Origin: a virus
DNA length: 46,208 nt
Virus record (IMG/VR): IMGVR_UViG_3300028883_000069
Strand: one strand, 5' to 3'
Below are positions 22,441 through 29,137 of the stretch, in pieces. Each line of letters begins with the position of its first letter. Within the stretch, counting starts at the first letter, position 1. Under the pieces are notes generated by a model. The model saw only the letters and a program-made list of their open reading frames with translations. It ran no database searches and was not told the origin of the DNA. The position numbers were made by a program, and so were the translations under genes.

Positions 22441-23403
22441 ATGAGCAACGAGCAAGGCCTATACACTAGTCCTAAAGAAGATAGCTTTAGAACAGACAGA
22501 CAGATTAAATTAGAAGCAATAAGAACAGGTAAGTTTGTGTGGGAAGGACAAAACGATTTAGAAGCAATACGACAGAGAAGTTTCGAAGAGTGGCAAAAGG
22601 AGGTAATACGAAGACGAGACTCTCGCAGAGAAATTGGTGAAATTCCAGAAGTCCAAAAGATAAATTTCAATGGTAAGTATGCACCGACGCTAGCCCTACT
22701 GGGCGACGTTCATGCTGGGGGAGATTGTAATTATGAAATGTTTGGTGCTACGGTTGAGTTAATTAAAGAGCACCCTCACGTAAAGGCGGTTCTTATGGGG
22801 GATTTGGTAGACGCCTTCTTTTGGAACCAGGCTCTACAGGGGGATATGTTAAACCACAAAGAGCAGATTCATTATATGCAATCGGCACTGGACGCTATGG
22901 ACGGTGAGATAGCAGCGGCGTTTAAGGGCAATCATGAACGATGGGCAGAGAGAACGGGGGTAAGCCCCCTTTATTTTAAATGGATAGAAAAATACGGTAC
23001 TCCATACTTTGAAGGCAAAGGAGTATTACAAGTGAACTTTCCTAAAACCGTATACAACATGGAAGGGAGTCATAGGTTTCCTGGGCACTCTATGTATAAC
23101 GACAACCACCCGCAAATGAGAGAGGCTAACTTTGGACAGCAAGGCTTGGACATATACGTTTCAGCACACACTCATAAAAAGAGTTACCATACTCAATATG
23201 CTAATGTGGCTGGGGATAGAATCCAGCAGCACTTTGTTACCGTAGGGGCTTTTAAAGGACACGATGGATACGGGTCTGATAAAGGATACGACCCGTTTAA
23301 GGACGACCAGTTAGGTGCAGTGTTTCTAACGCTAGATCCTGACCAGAAGAGTGTAGATGTAGATATGAGTTTAGAACAGGTGTACCAGAGATTGGGTGTG
23401 TAG
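22441..23403 (+). CDS. calcineurin-like metallophosphoesterase (Ser/Thr phosphatase-like)
   Basis: Motifs LLGDVHAGG, MGDLVDAFFW, KGNHERW and SAHTHK in the canonical order. Confidence 0.8.
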   Translation: MSNEQGLYTSPKEDSFRTDRQIKLEAIRTGKFVWEGQNDLEAIRQRSFEEWQKEVIRRRDSRREIGEIPEVQKINFNGKYAPTLALLGDVHAGGDCNYEMFGATVELIKEHPHVKAVLMGDLVDAFFWNQALQGDMLNHKEQIHYMQSALDAMDGEIAAAFKGNHERWAERTGVSPLYFKWIEKYGTPYFEGKGVLQVNFPKTVYNMEGSHRFPGHSMYNDNHPQMREANFGQQGLDIYVSAHTHKKSYHTQYANVAGDRIQQHFVTVGAFKGHDGYGSDKGYDPFKDDQLGAVFLTLDPDQKSVDVDMSLEQVYQRLGV

Positions 23404-23473
23404 ATTGATAGGGCTACTTACGGGTAGTCCCAATGAGTCTACAACTCTGTAGCTCTTTAACAAGGGAGGTCTG

Positions 23474-23602
23474 GTGATATGCCAAACGTGCGGAACCATT
23501 ATGCAACGTGTCGTGTGGGAGGTTCATGGAGTAATGTACTATGTTTATTTCTGTGAATACTGTGTCAAGTGTACTCCCGTAACAAGGATTATGAACAATT
23601 AG
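23474..23602 (+). CDS. 42-aa zinc-ribbon protein, GTG start (ICQTCG...CEYCVKC)
   Basis: Hand-translated. GGGAGG lies 4 nt upstream of the GTG. The N-terminus is paralogous to the next ORF (ICQTCG vs LCEMCG). It falls below the ORF-track cut-off. Confidence 0.45.
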   Translation: MICQTCGTIMQRVVWEVHGVMYYVYFCEYCVKCTPVTRIMNN

Positions 23603-23604
23603 AT

Positions 23605-23656
23605 TCCATATTGCAGATTTAGGGCTTAAAATGAAATAGGAAAATCCATATTGCAG
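23605..23656 (+). repeat. direct repeat TCCATATTGCAG x2 (40-bp spacing), each followed by ATGAAATA(G/A)G; candidate operator
   Basis: Copies at 23605..23616 and 23645..23656, directly upstream of the AAGGAGG RBS of gene 23680. Confidence 0.5.
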
Positions 23657-23679
23657 GTAGATGAAATAAGGAGGTTGTT

Positions 23680-23892
23680 ATGTTGTGCGAAATGTGTGGT
23701 AAGAACGTGGCGTTGATTGAAGCTGGTGACGAAAAGAGAAGTCGAATCTGTATTTCCTGTGCGTTGTTTTTAATGAAGCACTACGATTTCAAACTAGAAC
23801 TCAAGCGGGAGGTGTTTGATGTCACGCAGATACAAAAAGAAAAAGAAACGCACCAAGTGGAAGGAACGAGTAAAGATAAGCCAGGAGTATAA
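23680..23892 (+). CDS. zinc-ribbon protein (70 aa; CxxC...CxxC)
   Basis: Strong AAGGAGG RBS. MLCEMCG...RICISCA. The 3' end overlaps the next gene. Confidence 0.65.
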   Translation: MLCEMCGKNVALIEAGDEKRSRICISCALFLMKHYDFKLELKREVFDVTQIQKEKETHQVEGTSKDKPGV

Positions 23893-24061
23893 ATGTGCTG
23901 TGTGTGGCAAGAAGTTTGAAAGTAAACAGTTGCAAATTCACCACTGTAAAAACCGTTGCCGAGGAGGCATAAGCACACCAGAAAATTGTGTGGCTGTATG
24001 TATCAAGTGCCATAAGGACATTCACGAACAGTATGGTAACGATTACTACGACCCACGATAG
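23819..24061 (+). CDS. HNH endonuclease
   Basis: W..R....YKCAVCG...LQIHHCKNRCRGG...NCVAVCIKCHKDIH. The ORF track starts at TTG 23816, and ATG 23819 is the adjacent codon. Confidence 0.8.
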   Translation: MSRRYKKKKKRTKWKERVKISQEYKCAVCGKKFESKQLQIHHCKNRCRGGISTPENCVAVCIKCHKDIHEQYGNDYYDPR

Positions 24062-24066
24062 ACTCC

Positions 24067-24118
24067 TTAGAGGGGGTACAACAACATATCTTCACTGAAG
24101 TATACATACCCCCTCTAA
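24067..24118. other. perfect 12-bp inverted repeat (TTAGAGGGGGTA / TACCCCCTCTAA) with a 28-nt structured loop
   Basis: Read directly. It is followed by A7, not T-rich, so it is not a canonical + strand intrinsic terminator. Confidence 0.6.
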
Positions 24119-24134
24119 AAAAACACTACAAGAT

Positions 24135-24163
24135 ATTGACACCATTTTTAGGTAGGGGTATAT
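24135..24163 (+). promoter_or_regulatory. sigma-70/sigma-A type promoter TTGACA-N17-TATATT
   Basis: TTGACA at 24135..24140, exact 17-nt spacer, TATATT at 24158..24163. It lies upstream of the replication-module genes. Confidence 0.7.
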
Positions 24164-24218
24164 TTTATTATGAAAAGTACCGAAGAATTCTCAAGCAAAT
24201 TAGATACTCAGATAGGGG

Positions 24219-24278
24219 GGTTGGTTTCTCCTTCGGTCACCAACTCTCCTATTTGGTTATTTAATTTTTGACCGAAGG
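24219..24278 (+). promoter_or_regulatory. structured 5' leader; CCTTCGGTC (24230..24238) can pair with GACCGAAGG (24270..24278), which overlaps the RBS of ATG 24283
   Basis: 9-bp perfect complementarity. There is an alternative hairpin GGTTGGT (24219..24225) / ACCAACT (24239..24245), with the first pair a G-U wobble, that has a cUUCGg-type sequence within its 13-nt loop. Confidence 0.45.
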
Positions 24279-24282
24279 AAGT

Positions 24283-24804
24283 ATGAAAACACGTATAGTC
24301 CACACAAAGGTCTGGAAGGATTCCTGGTTTGTGTCTTTATCGACAGAAGCAAAATTCTTATGGCTCTATTTACTTACAAACGAAAGGATCAACATCTCTG
24401 GGATGTATGAGTTAACAGACAGAGAGATAGTCTTTGATACTAGTATAGATACTAGTAAACTTAGCTCATTAAAACAAGAACTTTCAGGCAAAGCATTTTT
24501 TTGCGAGAGCTGGGTATATATTCCAAACGTAGACAAATACAACAGCTATAAAAACAGTCCGAAGAATGAAAAAGCCTTTATTAAAGAGACAACTCTTGTT
24601 CCTTTAAATGTATTACAACATTTTATAGAGGATACTAGTAATGATACTAGTATATATACTGACCCTATACTCCTAGAAATCATAAATAAGAAATCAGAAA
24701 TAAGAAATAAGGAATCAGAAATCAAAAATCAGGAATCAAAAATAGATAAGAAAGAGTTAAAGAAAGTTAAAGAGAAGTTATATGAAGATATGAACTGGGA
24801 ATGA
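24283..24804 (+). CDS. putative replication initiator/replisome-organiser-like DNA-binding protein with internal iterons
   Basis: N-terminus VWKDSWF...AKFLWLYLLTNERINISGMYEL resembles phage replication-organiser N-domains (weak, judged by eye). Four GATACTAGTA repeats lie inside the gene. The ORF track starts at TTG 24268. Confidence 0.55.
   Translation: MKTRIVHTKVWKDSWFVSLSTEAKFLWLYLLTNERINISGMYELTDREIVFDTSIDTSKLSSLKQELSGKAFFCESWVYIPNVDKYNSYKNSPKNEKAFIKETTLVPLNVLQHFIEDTSNDTSIYTDPILLEIINKKSEIRNKESEIKNQESKIDKKELKKVKEKLYEDMNWE
24436..24457. repeat. iteron pair GATACTAGTA-TA-GATACTAGTA
   Basis: Two exact 10-mers with a 12-bp period, encoding DTSIDTS. Confidence 0.8.
24631..24663. repeat. iteron pair GATACTAGTA-AT-GATACTAGTA followed by TATATACTGAC (related to the 32652/32686 operator)
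   Basis: Two exact 10-mers. The extension ACTAGTATATATACTGA resembles GACTAGTATATACTG at 32652 and 32686. Confidence 0.8.
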
Positions 24805-25385
24805 AGAAAGGATTTACGTTCTTTAGAGAATACAGAAAATTATTAGAAGGGTTAGGGGATAAGGAGAGACTTTTAATGTATGAAGCAATCTTTAGTTTCT
24901 TTTTAGATGATGTTGTAGTGGATGTTGGAAATCTTGGAGTTATTTTTGAGGCAATAAGACAGTACAAACCTCCAGGAAAAACAAAGAAGAAAAGATGGAC
25001 CACTCTTAAAAAAACTATTAAAAAGGTTGATAATTACAGCTCTTACCTTCGGAGTAGACATTGGAAGAACTTTAGGGGATATATATTAACTTTACACAAG
25101 AGATGCAAGATATGTGGGACTACTGAGAATTTGGAGGTTCATCATAAATGGTATGGTACTCGAAAGAAAAGTGTTTTATACCAAGAGAGTGATGATGATG
25201 TAGCAGTTCTTTGTAAGAAGTGTCATGATCTTTATCATAAGGAGTATGACAGAGCAACTAAAGCAAACTTCAAGAGATTCTATGATAAATATGCCAAGGG
25301 TTATGTGTCGAGGATAATTAAAAGAGATGGAACCGTTATAGATATGGCTAAAGCCGCTGAAGAAATTAAAAAAAGGAATAAATAA
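24801..25385 (+). CDS. HNH endonuclease domain protein with replication-associated-like N-terminal domain
   Basis: C-terminal CKICG...LEVHHKWY...VLCKKCHDLYH. ATGA overlap with the upstream gene. Confidence 0.75.
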   Translation: MKKGFTFFREYRKLLEGLGDKERLLMYEAIFSFFLDDVVVDVGNLGVIFEAIRQYKPPGKTKKKRWTTLKKTIKKVDNYSSYLRSRHWKNFRGYILTLHKRCKICGTTENLEVHHKWYGTRKKSVLYQESDDDVAVLCKKCHDLYHKEYDRATKANFKRFYDKYAKGYVSRIIKRDGTVIDMAKAAEEIKKRNK

Positions 25386-25403
25386 ATTGTTATTTTAAGT
25401 TAT

Positions 25404-25619
25404 ATGAATTACTTTCCACTAGGAGACATAGATGAAGCAAGGTATGAACTCTGCGAAAAATACAAACTGGTCGAGTATGTTAACGGAGTTTATAGATTGA
25501 CTCAAAAGTGTAGAGATAATTACGACGAAATTTCCTTTATCAAATATTTAAAAGGAGATCTATCTCAACCACTTAAAAAAGGAAAAGAAACTGCTATTCA
25601 AGAATTACTGGCTTTGTAA
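25404..25619 (+). CDS. hypothetical protein (71 aa)
   Basis: Last + strand ORF of the module. Its 3' end overlaps the convergent gene by 22 nt. Confidence 0.55.
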   Translation: MNYFPLGDIDEARYELCEKYKLVEYVNGVYRLTQKCRDNYDEISFIKYLKGDLSQPLKKGKETAIQELLAL

Positions 25620-26047
25620 TCCCTAATTACCTGAGAAACTAAAGACTGACTTACCCCATACTCATTGGCTACCTCCTGCTGGGAATGACCCATTTCATAC
25701 ATTTTTACTATAAGACTATCTCTGTATTCTCTACCTTCAGGACTGTTATCGTAGCGTGTTCCTTTAAGGATTTCTCTAAGTCGTTTATAAGAAAGTCCTA
25801 GTTCTCTTGCTACGGGGATTAACTTTTTACCCTTGTCTAACATATCGATTACAAAGGGCATATACTCAGAGTATTCTTCCCACCTTTCTTCTTGGCGCTT
25901 TTGTTCAAGTTGCTCTTTGATTTGCTTGTAGTCAGGCATTTTACGCAGTTTAAGGTATATAGCCTCTCTTGAGCAGCCTTGGTTACGTGCAATCTCTGCT
26001 ACTGGAACTCCCCTCTTATACAGTTTTCTTATTATTTCTGTTGTCAT
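25598..26047 (-). CDS. triple helix-turn-helix DNA-binding protein (candidate late-gene activator)
   Basis: Three HTH-like units: VPVAEIARNQGCSREAIYLKL, IPVARELGLSYKRLREIL and SQQEVANEYGVSQSLVSQVI. It is the last gene of the leftward operon. Confidence 0.7.
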   Translation of the reverse strand: MTTEIIRKLYKRGVPVAEIARNQGCSREAIYLKLRKMPDYKQIKEQLEQKRQEERWEEYSEYMPFVIDMLDKGKKLIPVARELGLSYKRLREILKGTRYDNSPEGREYRDSLIVKMYEMGHSQQEVANEYGVSQSLVSQVIRDYKASNS

Positions 26048-26064
26048 AATGTTGCCTATTTAAT

Positions 26065-26544
26065 TTATCTCTCAATGTTAGACCGTATAAAACTGTCTGT
26101 TTGGCTTTTTACTTTAGTCTGGGTATAGCTGATAAGTCTGTCGCAATTGATGTATAAGCTTCTAAGCCTTCGTGCCTTATGACTGGCTGCTAATCTTTCG
26201 GCTCTTATGTCGTCGCAACTTTGCTCTGCTAATGACTTGGCCATAGTGTCAGTCATTTTCTTGCCACTGTTTTTAAGTTCTAAGTATTTATCCGTAACAC
26301 AAGTCTTGTATTCCTCGTCTAGTGACTCTGCTCTAGCGTAAGCATAATCCTGAAGGTCGCTTAAATTGTCCATTATTTTACACAAGGTAAACACATGGTC
26401 GACTAAGGAATTCATGTTCCACTCGTTGACGGGCTTTTCCTCGATTTTTTCTTTTATGAGAGATATCTTTTTAATCGTTTCCGTGGCTTCCAACTCTATC
26501 TGATTGGCCTCAATATCCCTCATTACTTCGTCGCTTTTAATCAT
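26065..26544 (-). CDS. hypothetical protein (159 aa)
   Basis: ORF in the leftward operon, overlapping the upstream stop. Confidence 0.65.
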   Translation of the reverse strand: MIKSDEVMRDIEANQIELEATETIKKISLIKEKIEEKPVNEWNMNSLVDHVFTLCKIMDNLSDLQDYAYARAESLDEEYKTCVTDKYLELKNSGKKMTDTMAKSLAEQSCDDIRAERLAASHKARRLRSLYINCDRLISYTQTKVKSQTDSFIRSNIER

Positions 26545-26755
26545 AGTTTTTCTTTTTAATTTTATATCCTCTCTTGTAAAGGCCTAACTTTTCGGCCTCT
26601 TTGATATGCTCCCCCACCCAGTTATGGCACTCCCTACAAAGATATATTATCTGCGTACCACCTCTACTCTTTGTTACCACATGGTGCTTATCTAAGGTCG
26701 CATACGCTTCACTCTTACCACAACGCTCACACCTTTTTTCGTCTAAAAATCCCAT
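26537..26755 (-). CDS. small HNH endonuclease
   Basis: CERCG...LDKHHVVTKSRGG...YLCRECHNW. ATG 26755 forms a TAATG overlap with the rusA stop. The ORF track extends to TTG 26767. Confidence 0.75.
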   Translation of the reverse strand: MGFLDEKRCERCGKSEAYATLDKHHVVTKSRGGTQIIYLCRECHNWVGEHIKEAEKLGLYKRGYKIKKKNYD

Positions 26756-27144
26756 TACCCTACACAATAAAAACTTATTTCAAAAGACTCTTTATCACTA
26801 TCGTACTTATACCAAGAACCTCCAAGTATTCTACTGTCGTCAATTTTCTCGCCGTTTTCGTCTACTACCTTGTTGTGCAACACCGTGTCTATAGCATACT
26901 TGATTAAATTGTGAGCATCCTTCTTGCGCACATTACCGTTCTTGAAATAAATGGGATAGAAATAAAGGATCTCCGTTTCGTACCACTCACTGGCGCAAAT
27001 AGTCTGCTCCTTTACTGTGAGTAAAATAAACTCCTCCCACTCCTTGTACTCCTTGGTCTTATACCCACCTCTTGAACTTGTCCGTATGGCCCTGTTCTCT
27101 GATACGGGCAACATATCAATTTTAAAGGTCACACACTCTTTCAT
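26755..27144 (-). CDS. rusA: RusA-like Holliday junction resolvase
   Basis: LPVSENRA...GGYKTKEYKEWEE...KKDAHNLIKYAIDTV...DDSRI matches the RusA family layout, including conserved acidic residues. Confidence 0.7.
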   Translation of the reverse strand: MKECVTFKIDMLPVSENRAIRTSSRGGYKTKEYKEWEEFILLTVKEQTICASEWYETEILYFYPIYFKNGNVRKKDAHNLIKYAIDTVLHNKVVDENGEKIDDSRILGGSWYKYDSDKESFEISFYCVG

Positions 27145-27166
27145 ATCTCTATATAAATAAAATTAA

Positions 27167-27373
27167 CTAAATAACTAAAAGCCAGATTATCATAGTTGCG
27201 ACAATTAAAATCATAAATATCCCGAATGTATCTTTATTACCCTCTTTATAGTTATCGTATGCTTGATACCCGAAAAAGGTTAAAAAAGCACCAGCTATGC
27301 CGAACAAAAACACTAGGACTATTCCTGCTATAACAGTGAATACGGCCACTGAACCATTTGAATTTTCTTTCAT
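27167..27373 (-). CDS. small membrane protein (68 aa, two hydrophobic helices)
   Basis: VAVFTVIAGIVLVFLFGIAGAFLTFF and FGIFMILIVATMIIWLLVI. Confidence 0.65.
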   Translation of the reverse strand: MKENSNGSVAVFTVIAGIVLVFLFGIAGAFLTFFGYQAYDNYKEGNKDTFGIFMILIVATMIIWLLVI

Positions 27374-27563
27374 TTAAATATATATAAAAAATTAATTCTT
27401 ATCTGTGCGTGGGTAGTGTGGCTAGCAATACCGTACTACCCCCGAATTCTAAATCGCAGTTGGTATTCCAGGAACTGCCCGAACCTATAGAATACCGTGG
27501 TTGTCTGCTCATACGTGCTACTTCACTTGCACAGACGGGGCATTATCCCCCAGGAATATTCCT
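27374..27563 (-). ncRNA. ORF-free, GC-enriched, multi-hairpin intergenic element (candidate cis-regulatory RNA or ncRNA)
   Basis: Stems GGGTAGT (27411..27417) / ACTACCC (27435..27441), GGTATTC (27462..27468) / GAATACC (27490..27496), a nested GTCTG...GTGC...GCAC.AGAC hairpin, and GGGGcattatCCCC. No plausible ORF. Confidence 0.3.
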
Positions 27564-28181
27564 TTAAATACTCTTGGCGGACACCGTCTCTAAAATTTCT
27601 TTTTGATGGTCTTTGACCCAGTCTATCATTTCACTGTCATACTCTAAGTTCTCTAACTCCCAAGTGCCATCATTTTTGAACACTATAACTGCTAGATCAC
27701 TCTTCCAGTCCATAGCATACGAGTACATACTCAATTGCCACCTTGCCTTTTTAATCTTACTGGACACCCTTTTATATTTACTCTTCTTCCACGCACCATA
27801 AGTCTTCCAATCTGCTAAGTATCTTTTGTGCGACTGCCTATGCTCTATAATGCCGTCATACCTACCTGCATAACTTAACTCATCACAGTAGACCACCTCT
27901 TCTGTTTTTACTGGAATCCACTCTTTAGTGAAACTTTCCACCGCCGAGTATAACCTGCTCTCTAAATCGTCCACTGGAGGCTCTGTGAGCCATTCTAAGC
28001 CCCTTGATATATCGTTTATATATTCTGACACCTTGGAGCCTAGAATTGAACTGGTTGCAGAAATTAATTCTGGGTCAATTCCCTTGCTCTCACACCATTT
28101 TTTAAAAGAGCTATCATTAAATGGTTTCCTAAGTTCTATTACCGAGGTCACCGACAAGTATTTTCCATCATATATTCTCAT
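27564..28181 (-). CDS. PD-(D/E)XK family nuclease (recombination exonuclease/Cas4-like fold)
   Basis: YAGRYDGIIE ... YLADWKTY gives a D...(D/E)xK arrangement. ATGA overlap with the upstream gene. Confidence 0.55.
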   Translation of the reverse strand: MRIYDGKYLSVTSVIELRKPFNDSSFKKWCESKGIDPELISATSSILGSKVSEYINDISRGLEWLTEPPVDDLESRLYSAVESFTKEWIPVKTEEVVYCDELSYAGRYDGIIEHRQSHKRYLADWKTYGAWKKSKYKRVSSKIKKARWQLSMYSYAMDWKSDLAVIVFKNDGTWELENLEYDSEMIDWVKDHQKEILETVSAKSI

Positions 28182-29119
28182 TTGACCAAGCTCTCAACAC
28201 TCTCTAAAAGAGCCTTTCTATCTTTACTATCTAAGTTTTCCACTTTACTAAAGAAAGAAGATAGTATCTTGTATGCCTGTTCATAGGTTATTAACCCAGT
28301 CTTTACACCGAGAAGTTCGTTCGAACTTACGTTAAGGGCCTCTGTGATTTTTTCTATCTTGCTCATAGGAGAACTTTCTCCTCTTTCGTACCTAGAAATC
28401 ATTTCCCATGTTACTCCAACCTTTTCTGCTAGTTCTTGCTGAGTTAATCCCGCATCTTGTCTAAGTCGGGAAATATTTCTTCCAATCTTATTAGATACCG
28501 TATTCTCTGTATCTATCTTCTCTTCTTTAACTTCTTTCTTTTTGGGTTTTTTTGTTTCACCAAAAAGGGTTGGTATTTCATCTAGGGTTTTCTTTCCAAC
28601 GAGTAGGTCAGGGTCTATCTGGAGAGCTTTTGCTATTGCTTTTATTCTGTGCATGGCAGACCTTTGTCCACACTCATAGTCTTTAATTGTCCATTGTGAT
28701 AAGTTGAGCATACTAGCAAGTTCCTTCTGTGTTAAGTCTCGCAACTTCCTAAAGGTTCTTATGTTGTTACCAATTTTAACTGTATCTAGGGCAATTTTTA
28801 CAAATTTTGTTCGGTCATTTATTGTCGCAGGGGCAAGAGAAATACCCCTAGATTCATCAGAAAGGGGAAACTTCTTAAGGTGTCCCTCTTTGGTTGCTCT
28901 GTCAATTGAGGCATAAAATCTTACTCTTTCTTTAGAATCGTTTAACGAATGCTTCATGGCCTTAGCGACATCTGTTGGTCTCATTGCTAAGCCTGTCCTC
29001 TTATAATAATCCTCTACAGTTGACACTATTTGTTTAATTAGTTTGTCTCTATTTTTATATTTTCTCATTTTACTTTTACTTAAGTTAAAATATTTATTTA
29101 AAGTTTTTAATATATTCAA
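28178..29119 (-). CDS. transcriptional regulator with two XRE-type HTH domains plus an N-terminal winged-helix-like region
   Basis: IGNNIRTFRKLRDLTQKELASMLNLSQWTIKDYECGQRS and IGRNISRLRQDAGLTQQELAEKVGVTWEMISRYERGESSP. TTG start with GGAGG 6 nt upstream. Confidence 0.85.
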   Translation of the reverse strand: MNILKTLNKYFNLSKSKMRKYKNRDKLIKQIVSTVEDYYKRTGLAMRPTDVAKAMKHSLNDSKERVRFYASIDRATKEGHLKKFPLSDESRGISLAPATINDRTKFVKIALDTVKIGNNIRTFRKLRDLTQKELASMLNLSQWTIKDYECGQRSAMHRIKAIAKALQIDPDLLVGKKTLDEIPTLFGETKKPKKKEVKEEKIDTENTVSNKIGRNISRLRQDAGLTQQELAEKVGVTWEMISRYERGESSPMSKIEKITEALNVSSNELLGVKTGLITYEQAYKILSSFFSKVENLDSKDRKALLESVESLVK

Positions 29120-29137
29120 TCTTGACCTCCTTTTAGG

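Noticed and set aside
23680-24061. Possible +1 frameshift fusion of the zinc-ribbon ORF to the HNH ORF across the A-rich run caaaaagaaaaagaaa
   Set aside because: The HNH ORF has its own ATG (23819) and a complete stand-alone HNH layout (basic N-terminus, W..R, CxxC, HH, CxxCH). A simple 74-nt gene overlap is sufficient. Only read-level data could reopen this.
26601-26907. Two + strand ORFs (26601..26894, 26671..26907) antisense to the HNH and rusA genes
   Set aside because: Their composition is low-complexity and hydrophobic or His/Tyr-rich. They sit opposite two genes with clear family motifs in a purely leftward operon.
28178-29119. XRE-type regulator as evidence of a temperate lifestyle
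   Set aside because: No integrase, excisionase, attachment-site-like tRNA overlap or partition genes are present. XRE HTH proteins are also common in virulent phages.
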